Shown here: positions 1-10,922 of the stretch, in pieces
How positions within the stretch are numbered: the first letter of the stretch is position 1
Layout: the number at the start of each line of letters is the position of its first letter
Source of the DNA: Oligoflexales bacterium
GTDB lineage: Bacteria > Bdellovibrionota_B > Oligoflexia > Oligoflexales > Bog-1112
DNA length: 64,000 nt
Assembly: GCA_045105515.1 (NCBI GenBank)
Contig: JBGCDR010000045.1
Coordinates: 11,720-75,719, forward strand
Direction of reading: 5' to 3'
Notes under the pieces: generated by a model
What the model was told of the DNA's origin: nothing
Database searches by the model: none
Seen by the model: only the letters and a program-made list of their open reading frames with translations
Position numbers and translations under genes: made by a program

Positions 1-650
1 AAAAAGATAGTGTGCGTGGATTAAAAGATTTTTCCCATATTTGGGTCCTTTTCATATTCCATAAAAATAACACAAGCAGGTCCGTGGGCTTAGTTAGACC
101 TCCGCGGCTTGGGGGGGAGAAAAAGGTTGGAACTTTAGCTTCACGATCACCAAATCGGCCTAATCCTATAGGCTTATCGGTGGTACGATTAGTTTCGCTG
201 AGTTATCGTCCAGAGCATATTGAGCTTCTTGTTCAAGGTGGTGATTTTTTAGATTCGACTCCAGTTTTAGATATTAAGCCTTACCTACCATATGCTGATA
301 AGCTGGACGAAGTGTGTACTGCTTGGGTAGAACCCATTAAAGATCAAACGATGCCTGTTTACTTTAGTCAAAAGGCTATAGAAGATATTTCAGCAGCTGT
401 GGAAGAACAGGCGGATCTGGTTTGCCAATGCATTAAAGAATCTTTAACATTAGATCCTAGACCTTCTTTCGTTAAGAATAAAACAGGTGCCACTAAGAAA
501 GTACGCAGTTGGCGTAGTCTTATTTTTGGATTTGATGTTTCCTGGACTGTGGCCAATGGCACGTGCATTGTTGAAGGAGCTGAATTAAAAAAATATGAAG
601 TACTGCAGAAGTTAAATATAATTGGCAAACAGAGGTTTACTAGAAGTTAA
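1..650 (+). CDS. trmO: tRNA (t6A37-N6)-methyltransferase TrmO/TsaA, 5' truncated by the window edge
   Basis: Motifs FSHIWVLFIFH, VRPPRLGG, GTLASRSPNRPNPIGLS, TPVLDIKPY and DPRP; the frame is open to the window start. Confidence 0.9.
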   Translation, partial: KDSVRGLKDFSHIWVLFIFHKNNTSRSVGLVRPPRLGGEKKVGTLASRSPNRPNPIGLSVVRLVSLSYRPEHIELLVQGGDFLDSTPVLDIKPYLPYADKLDEVCTAWVEPIKDQTMPVYFSQKAIEDISAAVEEQADLVCQCIKESLTLDPRPSFVKNKTGATKKVRSWRSLIFGFDVSWTVANGTCIVEGAELKKYEVLQKLNIIGKQRFTRS

Positions 651-1194
651 CTGGGAACTCCATTGATTTTTCTGAATCACCAGTTGCGTTGCTTGCTACG
701 ATACTGAAGTAAATAGTCTGACCTTCCCAGTCCAACTGCTCCTGATCGCTAAGATCATAGGTGAAGCTAGGAGCAGTAAGATTAAGGTTACCAATCATAA
801 CCTCAGAAAGGAGACTTTCTGTGTCGTTTTCTGTTCTAGTATAGATTTTATAGGATACTATATCTGTTTCAGCAGGTGCATCCCAGGCAAAATTTAGATC
901 CACTGGGGTAGCTTCCTTTTCACCCACGATAGGTGGATTTTCTTCAGCTTGATTATTATTTGCAGCGGTATTCGAGTTACCATCGGTGGCATCTTCTGAG
1001 GTCTTTTTGTTGCCAATACTTGGCTTTTTGCTTTTGCCAGTAGCTTTATCATTACTGACTTTGACATTTTCCGATTCTACAGTTTTGATAGCATCATACT
1101 CAGGTTCAGTAGAGCAGGATGATAGAAACCAAATAATTGCAATACCTAATACATTGTGGATATTCCAAATTTTACCCATCGTAAATTTTCCCAA
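640..1194 (-). CDS. Lipoprotein with a low-complexity linker and a C-terminal fibronectin type III-like domain
   Basis: Hydrophobic leader ending in lipobox FLSS-C; C-terminal FAWDAP...SYKIY...YFSIVASNATGDSE pattern typical of FN3. Confidence 0.65.
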   Translation of the reverse strand: MGKFTMGKIWNIHNVLGIAIIWFLSSCSTEPEYDAIKTVESENVKVSNDKATGKSKKPSIGNKKTSEDATDGNSNTAANNNQAEENPPIVGEKEATPVDLNFAWDAPAETDIVSYKIYTRTENDTESLLSEVMIGNLNLTAPSFTYDLSDQEQLDWEGQTIYFSIVASNATGDSEKSMEFPVNF

Positions 1195-1245
1195 TATTCT
1201 TTTGTGTGAGGTAGACTCATGTTAGTGCCCTAACATCTTTTATAC

Positions 1246-1273
1246 TTATCGGATTGGATGAACTTAAAATTTA
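1246..1273 (-). promoter_or_regulatory. Putative sigma28 (FliA)-type promoter of the lipoprotein gene
   Basis: The minus strand reads TAAA-N16-TCCGATAA, close to the consensus TAAA-N15-GCCGATAA, about 50 nt upstream of the ORF. Confidence 0.5.
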
Positions 1274-1452
1274 TTAATCCAAATGAAACCGACTTAACCT
1301 CCTGTTGTAGCTGTTTAAATTTAACATTATTAAGGATTTTATAGCTTTGACTAAGGTGCTCCATTGTGGCCAGAAATTGATGATGATTAGCAATTAAAGT
1401 AGCTCATATATTATGATTGAATAAGAGAAATAATCTAATGTTTTGAATTCAG

Positions 1453-2097
1453 ATGCAAAAGATACATAATGAGGATTCTATGGCTATTAATTCAAATTCA
1501 CTGATGCACGACCTTAATAATCATCTTCAACTATTATTTAAGATGATTGATCAATTGCAAGATGTAGCAGGTTCTAGCTCATTAAATTCCCTCAAGAATT
1601 ATATTGAAAAAACTAAAAAAATTTCTGATCAGATCAGAGCTACTATAACAACAGCTCTTACTAATACCGTAACAAACGCAGATTTGGTTAGCATCACTGA
1701 TGGGATAAGAAGCCAGTGTTCTAGTGCATTTAATGTTCCGGTTAGCTTTAGGCACCGAGGTTATCCAACAGCACTAATCAACAAGGGGAGTTATTATGCA
1801 TTAGTTACCAATCTGATCAGAAACTCCTGGGAAGCAGGGGCTTCTGAGATTGTTGTAGAAATTAATGAAGATAGTTTGATTATTTCTGATAATGGACCTG
1901 GTATCAATGAAACTATTCTTAGTTTTATTCAAAACAAACAAACGATTACTAGTAAATCGCAAGGAATAGGCCGAGGATTTGCTCTTCTCAATGATTTTTG
2001 CATGAAAATGGGGTGGATTGCAAAAATATCCAACCGTATTGATGTTGATGGATGTAGTATTAAAATTCAGTTTCAGATTAAAAAGGATGGTTCCTAG
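1453..2097 (+). CDS. Sensor-less histidine kinase (HisKA + HATPase_c)
   Basis: H box LMHDLNNHL, N box NLIRNSWEA, G1 DNGPGI, G2 GIGRGF; no transmembrane or sensor region. Confidence 0.75.
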   Translation: MQKIHNEDSMAINSNSLMHDLNNHLQLLFKMIDQLQDVAGSSSLNSLKNYIEKTKKISDQIRATITTALTNTVTNADLVSITDGIRSQCSSAFNVPVSFRHRGYPTALINKGSYYALVTNLIRNSWEAGASEIVVEINEDSLIISDNGPGINETILSFIQNKQTITSKSQGIGRGFALLNDFCMKMGWIAKISNRIDVDGCSIKIQFQIKKDGS

Positions 2098-4195
2098 TTA
2101 AGTTTGGTCTTATTGCAAGGCTTGCAACCATAGATTCAGCACATTGAGGATCGTTAATAAATACTCTACCAGCTGATACCGAATCTTTTAATTTGATCAT
2201 GTCGTTGTTGAAAGAAGTCATCTGAGGGAGCAAAAAATCTTGTTCTATGGGATGAACTTTAGTATTTAGTGCTTCTTTTGGTTTAATACTGAATAAACCG
2301 ATCCAATTCTTGGGAAGGTGTTTTTCTAAGGCAATGGCACAGTGTCCCATTGTATAACGACAGTTTATCTCAACCAAAGGTCTCAAATAGAAATCAGTCC
2401 CATTTTTGAAAATGAAAGCATCCATACCTGCAGGCCCAGTGTAGCCAAGAGCTTGAAGTTGACTTTTGACAAATTGGGCACACTTCTTGACCATGTCCCA
2501 ATGGGAAAGGCCCGAACTATGCTTTTGGTAAACGGCTCGCGTAAGTTCCTTTTTACAATCAAATAGCTTTTGTCCCAAAATATGGCCAAAATAGCTCCGA
2601 TTTTTATGTGTCAAAAAACGAGTGATGCCGAGTAATGAAGGGGATGAATCGCTTCGAATCATCAACTGAACTGATAGGTCTAAAACTTTATTGAGGAAAG
2701 GTTCGACTATGACTTTGCCTTGGGATTTCAGAGTGTTTTTTAACCAGTTTAGTTCGTTTTCGAGCAAAGTTTGGGTACTGTTCATTTTTCTCTGGTTGCG
2801 CCCACTGCTACCATAGGGGGCTTTCACAAGTAAATCATTAAAATCTGAACTCAGATATGCACGGTGTCGTAAAAAATCCTCTAGCGTATTGCAAATATAA
2901 GGACATATAGCATGTGTCTTGAACTGTTTTTTTTCCTTTTGATCTAGGCTGTTCAAAAAGTCATGCTGAACCTTTACTGCCCAAGCTTTCGAAGCAATTT
3001 TCTTTAAAGGAACTAGCTGATAGCATGCTGATTTGAGCCATTCTTTGTCTTGGAGATGTTCATCCGTGAGAGATTGGTAGCGTTTACTCCATGCTTTAAA
3101 TATTTGATAAGTCCATCCCCATGGTTTAATCCTGCTAAAGGGACCGTTTAGCATTTTCTCCTCTTGATTACCGATGAAACGAGGTATTTTGAAACCTAAC
3201 TTTCTGAGGCTCGATAAAAATTCTTTGGATGGGGGTTTAGGCGCTATAACAATATCATGCTCATTCGCAATGCATAAGAGGACGTTCGTTAAGTCTGTAG
3301 TAAGGCTCTTGGTTCGAGGAAAAGTCTTGTCCGGGAATAGCAATTGTTCTTCAAAATTGGGATTGAAAATCCAAATGGAAGGAGGCCGTCCTTTACTCCC
3401 TTGGTAATGCTCTATTTGACTGATAAACTCTGAATCCATTTCTGCTGCAACCCTAGCTTGTTTTACAAATATAGATCCTTTTGCTCGTATGGGGCTTAGA
3501 GGTTTGTCCAATAGTTGTGAGTAAACTTCCCAGTCACTCTTGTCTTCAAACCCAGCTTGAACTTTGAATTTTCTAAACCAATGTAGACCATGTTTCACAT
3601 GGCCAATTTCATCATAATATACTTGTTTCAAAATTGCGGAGGTTAGATGATCTTCTATGCCCTCGAAGAGCTTCCAATAGTAGAAAGAGAAGTCCAAATT
3701 ACCCTGCTCTAAAGTAAGACTCATTTTTGCTGTAAATTCTAAAGGGTCTTTTACACCTGCTACACACTTCCAAAAAAAGTCATTAAGGTGTTCTTCTCCA
3801 AATCCAACTCCAAGCTGGTTCATTCTTGATAAATAGAGTTGCAAATGTTCCTGCTCTTCTAACATTGTCTTTGCAATACCAAGGCGAAATGGCTTAGGTG
3901 CTTTGGGAAACTTTAACAGTACAAGAGCCATCAATTCTAAGGCAAGCAACTCATGGTTTGCAAAAAAGTGTAAGACTCTTCCTCGGTTTTCTGGAATATG
4001 TAAGGAACTTTTGTTAGGAAATTTTCTCTTAGAATTACTTTTTTTACTCAATGAAATTATAGGGCTACGTTTTGGATCTGCCAAGATGAGGTTTTTATCT
4101 CCGGGCAAGATATCCGTAAAAAAATCTGGTTTATAGAGTTTTTCCTTTAGGTTTGCACCAAATAGGATCATTCTTGCATATTCGTATAGTTCCAT
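2078..4195 (-). CDS. Ferritin-like (DUF455-type) domain fused to an ATP-grasp-like domain
   Basis: N-terminal di-iron ligands NHELLALE, EEQEH, LEQ and DEIGH; C-terminal VKAPYGSSGR, IVEPF, GMDAF and EINCRYTMG. Confidence 0.7.
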   Translation of the reverse strand: MELYEYARMILFGANLKEKLYKPDFFTDILPGDKNLILADPKRSPIISLSKKSNSKRKFPNKSSLHIPENRGRVLHFFANHELLALELMALVLLKFPKAPKPFRLGIAKTMLEEQEHLQLYLSRMNQLGVGFGEEHLNDFFWKCVAGVKDPLEFTAKMSLTLEQGNLDFSFYYWKLFEGIEDHLTSAILKQVYYDEIGHVKHGLHWFRKFKVQAGFEDKSDWEVYSQLLDKPLSPIRAKGSIFVKQARVAAEMDSEFISQIEHYQGSKGRPPSIWIFNPNFEEQLLFPDKTFPRTKSLTTDLTNVLLCIANEHDIVIAPKPPSKEFLSSLRKLGFKIPRFIGNQEEKMLNGPFSRIKPWGWTYQIFKAWSKRYQSLTDEHLQDKEWLKSACYQLVPLKKIASKAWAVKVQHDFLNSLDQKEKKQFKTHAICPYICNTLEDFLRHRAYLSSDFNDLLVKAPYGSSGRNQRKMNSTQTLLENELNWLKNTLKSQGKVIVEPFLNKVLDLSVQLMIRSDSSPSLLGITRFLTHKNRSYFGHILGQKLFDCKKELTRAVYQKHSSGLSHWDMVKKCAQFVKSQLQALGYTGPAGMDAFIFKNGTDFYLRPLVEINCRYTMGHCAIALEKHLPKNWIGLFSIKPKEALNTKVHPIEQDFLLPQMTSFNNDMIKLKDSVSAGRVFINDPQCAESMVASLAIRPNLTRNHPF

Positions 4196-4440
4196 TGAAA
4201 AGTAATTCCTGATTTGTAAGCCGTCCGATTGTCTTTTTTATAAATAAAAAAATTTTTTAAAATGCCTAATCAATAAAATCTTACACAGCTTGGACAGTAA
4301 AGCTTAGTGGAACGCTATTTCGAAAAAAAAATCAGAATTGGACCGAGTTTAAAGGATTACAAATGCGGTTATGCTTTGCTCAAAAAGTTCGGAGGACATT
4401 TTAAAATAGTACATACAGCTGCAAAATTTTTCAAAAAATA

Positions 4441-4482
4441 CAATAAGAAAGCTCCCATAAAGGGAGGGAGGCTTTCTTATTG
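4441..4482 (-). terminator. Rho-independent terminator of the histone-like gene
   Basis: Perfect 12-bp arms CAATAAGAAAGC / GCTTTCTTATTG just after the stop at 4491, followed by a T-rich tract on the minus strand. Confidence 0.8.
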
Positions 4483-4490
4483 ACTTTGTT

Positions 4491-5744
<1,254 letters not shown>

Positions 5745-6027
5745 CTTATCATAATAAAGTATAATTAACAGCTTTTCTGCATAATATGATGACTTCTAAG
5801 ATACCACTTATGGGTTTATAAAGCGGCTAATTTTTTGAACCTACACGAGGGGCAGTGAGCCAGTCTCGTTTAGAGGTATAAATTAATTATTATTTTATAA
5901 CACCTATTTTTTGTGTTTCACAAGTATTATGTATTCACGGAAATCAAGTTGGTCTAAGTTTGCAACTTAAAGATAATTTTTGCAAACTCTCCACCTGGAA
6001 GTGCGATATTTCTTTAAGTCATGACTT

Positions 6028-6672
6028 ATGTCTACTAGGAGTGTAATTATGAAGTCTCAAAAGCTCGGATTTTTTCTTTTATTTGCAGCTGGTTTAGCTT
6101 ATTTGCTTTTCCAGAATTTTAATAGGAATCAGAATATAAAAAACACTCCCGATCAGGTGAGTCAGATATTAGCTTTTGGTGATAACCTGACTCTCGGAAA
6201 CTTAGCTGAGCCATCTCATTCTTATACAAAAAAATTAGAACAACTTGCAGGTATAACAGTAGAAAATAAAGGTCTTCCAAACGAAACTACAGAAGCAGCT
6301 TTAGCACGATTGCAAAATTTAGGTCATCCTCTTGGAGGAGAGCTTGTAATTATCACCCTCGGTGTATGGGATTTGATGACAAGAGTACCTCTTACTGAAA
6401 CTTTAAGCAATTTAGGAAAGATTTTTGAATTCTTCTTAAAGCAGGGCTATATGGTGGTTTACGGCGGATTTTCTATTCCTCCGACAGGTGATAATTGGCT
6501 TATGGCAATCGGTCAATTATGCGGTGAGTATGGAGTTCTCTATGCGGGCGACTTAACTCCTGAGGAATGGGTCTATAAAGAGAATGTCGAATTTACTTAT
6601 TCACCCTTGAATGCACAAGCCAATGAACGTATAGCAAATATAGTTTTTGAAAAAATTTCAGCTTATCTATGA
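6028..6672 (+). CDS. Membrane-anchored SGNH/GDSL (TesA-like) fold protein, probably catalytically inactive
   Basis: ILAFGDNLTLG (block I), NKGLPNETT (block II), ITLGVWD (block III); N-terminal hydrophobic anchor. Confidence 0.7.
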   Translation: MSTRSVIMKSQKLGFFLLFAAGLAYLLFQNFNRNQNIKNTPDQVSQILAFGDNLTLGNLAEPSHSYTKKLEQLAGITVENKGLPNETTEAALARLQNLGHPLGGELVIITLGVWDLMTRVPLTETLSNLGKIFEFFLKQGYMVVYGGFSIPPTGDNWLMAIGQLCGEYGVLYAGDLTPEEWVYKENVEFTYSPLNAQANERIANIVFEKISAYL

Positions 6673-6693
6673 CTAAAGGATTATTCTAAGCTA

Positions 6694-8490
6694 CTAGATA
6701 ATAATGGACACAATTTTGTTTGCATTGACGTCCACCAAACCTTGATCGGTTATTTTGAGCGAGGGAATAACCGGTAGTGCAAGAAATGAAAGCTGGAGAA
6801 ATGGTTCATGCAAGCTACATCCCATTGCTCTAGCTAGGTCCTTTAGTTTAAACAAAGAGTCTGCCACTTCAGTTGGTGGCGAACTTGTCATCAGGCCACC
6901 AATCGGAAGTGCCAAGTTCTCCCATTGCTCTGAATTCTTCCACACAGTAATTCCTCCATCTATAGTAATCAGCTTCTTGACTGCTTCGCACATAGCTTGA
7001 TCACTGGTACCAACAACAATTAAGTTATGAGAATCATGATTTATGGAGGTCGCAATGGCCCCTTCCTTAAGGCCAAATCCTCTAACAAAACCAAGCCCTT
7101 TATGACCTGTGTTTTTATGACGTTCTAGTACAGCAATCTTTAACAAATCCTGACTGATATCTACCTTCAGACCCTGCTGGGAATTATCAAGATATGCTTC
7201 GTGATGCTTGGTAACAATCTGGTTGGGCTCTACATCGATCACCCTAATTTTTATTTTTTGCTTTGAATCTAATTCAACTGCTAAATGAAAATCAGCTTGG
7301 CTGACTGGAGATAAGTTCATGTTCTTCCCGCCAAGTTGGATGTCTTGGTCAGGAGCTTGAGAACTAATATTATTGGGTTCACATTGAGCCCCTGATTTAA
7401 TTACCTTTTCAATTTGAAATCCTTCTTGCCAATGTCCCTCAAGGTTTGGTTTGAGCAAGCAGAGGTCTGCTAGGTACCCAGGAGCTATACAACCGCGGTC
7501 TGAAAGCCCATAGAGCTGTGCGGGGGCAAAGCTGGCAACTCGAAAAAGGTTTTCTGGTTCAATTCCTTGGCGTAGCCCTTCATTGATAATGTAATTTATA
7601 TGCCCTTCTTTATTGATATCAGCTGGATTGCGATCATCGCTGCACATAGCTAGTACAGAGGAAGTATATGAATTTATTAATGGCAGCAGGGTACTAGCAT
7701 TTTTCGCACAAGAGCCTTCACGAATAAGGACTTGAATACCTTTGGCTAGCTTTTCTTGAGCTTCCTCAAGAGAAATTGATTCGTGACAAGTACTTATACC
7801 GGCAACACCGTATGCATTGAGAGCTTTTCCGCTCAGCTGCGGGCAGTGCCCATCTCGTTTAAGCTCCTTAAAGTCCCATAGTTTTTGAAGTACATCTTCA
7901 TCTCCGCTTAGAAGCCCAGGAAAGTTCATCATCTCAGCAAGCCCCAAAACTCTAGGATGGTTGATAAACGGTCTTAAGTGTTCTGCAAATAGTTCAGCCC
8001 CTCCTGTCTCTAAACCTAAGGACTTTGAAGTTGCGGGCACACAGCTAGGAACCATAATGAATACATCCATAATAAGATCTTCGGTGGATTTGATTGCCCA
8101 GATAATTCCTTCACTACCTTTTACATTTGCAATTTCATGAGGATCCCAAATTGCAGAAGTTGTCCCAAATGGTAATACCGCTTGCTCAAATCGGTCTGGT
8201 GTCATCATGCTAGATTCAATGTGGACATGAGAGTCAATAAAACCAGGAACTAAATAGTGTCCCTTACCATTAAGCTCTTCTTTGCCTTGGTATGATTCGA
8301 AAGTACCGACGATGTGCTTGCCATTAATAGCTATATCTCCAGTTTTAAAAACCCCTGAAAAAACATCGAGAAACTTGACTTCCTTTATCACGAGGTCCGC
8401 TTTTTCAAGACCTTGAGCAATCCGTATCTGCTGTTTTAAGACTTGAGGATTTTCATAGTTAGCTTTACTAGGCATAGGCTTGCTCTCCAT
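6694..8490 (-). CDS. ade: Adenine deaminase
   Basis: PGFIDSHVHIESS, WDPHEIANV, LAEMMNFPG, DGHCP, REGS, SDDR, HDSHN and FLALPVIP motifs. Confidence 0.95.
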   Translation of the reverse strand: MESKPMPSKANYENPQVLKQQIRIAQGLEKADLVIKEVKFLDVFSGVFKTGDIAINGKHIVGTFESYQGKEELNGKGHYLVPGFIDSHVHIESSMMTPDRFEQAVLPFGTTSAIWDPHEIANVKGSEGIIWAIKSTEDLIMDVFIMVPSCVPATSKSLGLETGGAELFAEHLRPFINHPRVLGLAEMMNFPGLLSGDEDVLQKLWDFKELKRDGHCPQLSGKALNAYGVAGISTCHESISLEEAQEKLAKGIQVLIREGSCAKNASTLLPLINSYTSSVLAMCSDDRNPADINKEGHINYIINEGLRQGIEPENLFRVASFAPAQLYGLSDRGCIAPGYLADLCLLKPNLEGHWQEGFQIEKVIKSGAQCEPNNISSQAPDQDIQLGGKNMNLSPVSQADFHLAVELDSKQKIKIRVIDVEPNQIVTKHHEAYLDNSQQGLKVDISQDLLKIAVLERHKNTGHKGLGFVRGFGLKEGAIATSINHDSHNLIVVGTSDQAMCEAVKKLITIDGGITVWKNSEQWENLALPIGGLMTSSPPTEVADSLFKLKDLARAMGCSLHEPFLQLSFLALPVIPSLKITDQGLVDVNANKIVSIII

Positions 8491-8613
8491 CTGTAAATTT
8501 TCGCTGTTAATCTGGGTTTAATGGGATAATATTTCCACCCTGGATCAAAGCGGTATGGGACTTAAGAATACGTTATATCAGATCAGAATTATTCTACAGC
8601 ATAAGGATAAAAC

Positions 8614-10134
8614 ATGGCCAAGAATGCACGCAATGCTATCTCACCTTCTCGAGCTGAGAACTATCCAGAATGGTATCAGCAAGTTATAAAGGCTGCTGAT
8701 TTGGCGGAAAATGCTCCCGTACGTGGATGCATGGTTATAAAACCGTGGGGGTTTGGAATTTGGGAATTAATGCAGCGTGCTCTCGATGATATGATTAAGG
8801 CAACTGGTCATGTAAATGCTTGCTTCCCTTTGCTAATCCCACTTAGTTTTTTGGAAAAGGAAGCCACTCATGTTGAAGGCTTTGCTAAAGAATGTGCCGT
8901 AGTCACTCATCATCGTCTAGAGGGTGATGGGCAAGGCGGACTTAAGCCTGCAGGTGAATTAGAAGAACCTTATGTGATAAGGCCAACGAGCGAAACGATT
9001 ATAGGGCATTCCTATTCGAAGTGGGTCCAATCTTATCGAGACTTGCCAATACTTATTAACCAATGGGCAAATGTTATGCGCTGGGAAATGCGCACTAGAA
9101 TTTTCTTGCGAACCTCTGAGTTTTTTTGGCAAGAGGGTCATACAGTCCATGCTACCGCTGAAGAAGCTCAGGAAGAGACCTTGAAGATGCTTGATGTTTA
9201 TGAAGACTTTGCGGAAAATTGGCTTGCGGTCCCTGTCTTCAAAGGTCTTAAAACCCCAGACGAACGATTCCCTGGTGCTGAAGAAACCTATTCTATTGAA
9301 GCATTGATGCAAGATGGAAAAGCTCTTCAGGCAGGAACATCTCATTTTTTGGGCCAAAATTTTGCCAAGGCGTCTGATATCTCTTTTCTTGATCAAGAAG
9401 GAAACAGTCAATTTGCATGGACCACTTCTTGGGGGGTATCTACTCGTCTGATGGGGGCCTTGATTATGACTCATAGTGATGATGATGGTTTGGTTTTGCC
9501 TCCTCGCATAGCACCTTTTCATATTGTCATTCTACCAATTTATAAAAATGCGGAAGACAGAGCTCGAGTTCTTGAGTTTTGTCATTCCTTGAACAGGGAC
9601 TTGATAGCACAAAGATTTAATCATGTACCTCTCCGAGTTAGCATAGATGATCGTGATATCCGAGGAGGAGAAAAATCTTGGCAAAACATTAAAAAAGGGG
9701 TTCCTATCCGCCTTGAAGTTGGTCCACGGGATGTGGATAAAAATTCTGTATTTATGGGAAGAAGGGATCGGGCCCCTAAAGACAAGGTTTCGATGACTGT
9801 GAAACAACTTATTAGTGAAGTGTGCAGCATTTTAGAAACTATGCAGAATGAGCTTTTGCTTAAAGCAAAAGAGTTTAGGACAAAAAATACTAAAGTTATA
9901 GATAATATCGAGGAATTTGAAGACTTCTTTAGTGCTAGTGATGCCTCTCTTCAAGCTGGATTTGCTTTATGTCACTGGAATGAAGCAGCTATAGGACATT
10001 CTTTGCTGACAAAATACAAAGTGAGTCCACGCTGCATACCATTTGATAGCCCAGAATTCCCCCCAGAGGCAGGAAGGTGTTTATTCACTGGTAAAGAAAG
10101 TAGAAAACGTATCGTATTCGCTAAGTCATATTAA
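8614..10134 (+). CDS. proS: Proline--tRNA ligase, archaeal/eukaryotic type
   Basis: YPEWY, IRPTSET, QWANVMRWE, FLRTSEFFWQEGHT, QAGTSHFLGQNFAK, SWGVSTR and C-terminal FAKSY. Confidence 0.97.
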   Translation: MAKNARNAISPSRAENYPEWYQQVIKAADLAENAPVRGCMVIKPWGFGIWELMQRALDDMIKATGHVNACFPLLIPLSFLEKEATHVEGFAKECAVVTHHRLEGDGQGGLKPAGELEEPYVIRPTSETIIGHSYSKWVQSYRDLPILINQWANVMRWEMRTRIFLRTSEFFWQEGHTVHATAEEAQEETLKMLDVYEDFAENWLAVPVFKGLKTPDERFPGAEETYSIEALMQDGKALQAGTSHFLGQNFAKASDISFLDQEGNSQFAWTTSWGVSTRLMGALIMTHSDDDGLVLPPRIAPFHIVILPIYKNAEDRARVLEFCHSLNRDLIAQRFNHVPLRVSIDDRDIRGGEKSWQNIKKGVPIRLEVGPRDVDKNSVFMGRRDRAPKDKVSMTVKQLISEVCSILETMQNELLLKAKEFRTKNTKVIDNIEEFEDFFSASDASLQAGFALCHWNEAAIGHSLLTKYKVSPRCIPFDSPEFPPEAGRCLFTGKESRKRIVFAKSY

Positions 10135-10167
10135 CAAAGTTGTGAATCTTGCTCAGGAGCTCTCGCA

Positions 10168-10905
10168 ATGAAACAAGGTAAAAAAACAATTTTCACCATA
10201 AGTATTGTTCTTTCTTTTCTAACGCTTGCAGGCCTAGGCCTACTAATAAGCCTTAGTGGCAGCCAAACTCAAGTACCTTCTAGGGAGGCACTTGCTGATG
10301 TTTGGCAGGAAGTTTACGAGTTATACCAAAAAGATGATTATCAGGAGGCTGAGGCCAAACTATATCCTCACTGGGAAGAGTTTCCTAGTCTGGAGAATGG
10401 TTGCGAACTTATGGTTTCGGTATTTGCAGAGGCTAAAAATATTGAAGCATTAGAACTAGCCTCCAAAAAGTGTATCGAATTGGAAAAAGGTGGAGACACC
10501 ATTATTGAGGGTTTAGCCTATAGCTTATCCTTTCAGGGTAAAATTCATGATGGGATAAAGCGACTTGAATATCTTAAAGGAAGCCAATCTACCCCTCGTC
10601 TATTAGTTGCTTTGTCTAGGCTCCATTTAATGATAGGTGAGGATGAGCAAGCAAGAAGCCTCTATCTAGAGGCGATAAGGGATGCAGATGTTTGGTCTAT
10701 GTGGGTGAGTTATGCCCTTAAAGTACCAATATTTGGAGATAACCTGAATTTTATAGAAGATGTGATCAGTATTGTAGTAAGCAAACCTCATGTGCATGAA
10801 CAGGTGGAGATGCTTTTGCTAGATAAAGCTGACAGACTTAAAGACAAATTGATATATAAGCAGTTGGCAAAGAGAATCGGGCATAAAAATATGCACAATA
10901 GCTAG
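10168..10905 (+). CDS. Membrane-anchored TPR-like helical protein
   Basis: N-terminal TM helix; TPR-like segments such as LLVALSRLHLMIGEDEQARSLYLEAI. Confidence 0.55.
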   Translation: MKQGKKTIFTISIVLSFLTLAGLGLLISLSGSQTQVPSREALADVWQEVYELYQKDDYQEAEAKLYPHWEEFPSLENGCELMVSVFAEAKNIEALELASKKCIELEKGGDTIIEGLAYSLSFQGKIHDGIKRLEYLKGSQSTPRLLVALSRLHLMIGEDEQARSLYLEAIRDADVWSMWVSYALKVPIFGDNLNFIEDVISIVVSKPHVHEQVEMLLLDKADRLKDKLIYKQLAKRIGHKNMHNS

Positions 10906-10922
10906 GCGTGTAGGGCTTTATC

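Noticed and set aside
8614..10134. Archaeal/eukaryotic-type ProRS as a sign of recent transfer
   Set aside because: This type is widespread in bacteria and the gene shows no compositional anomaly.
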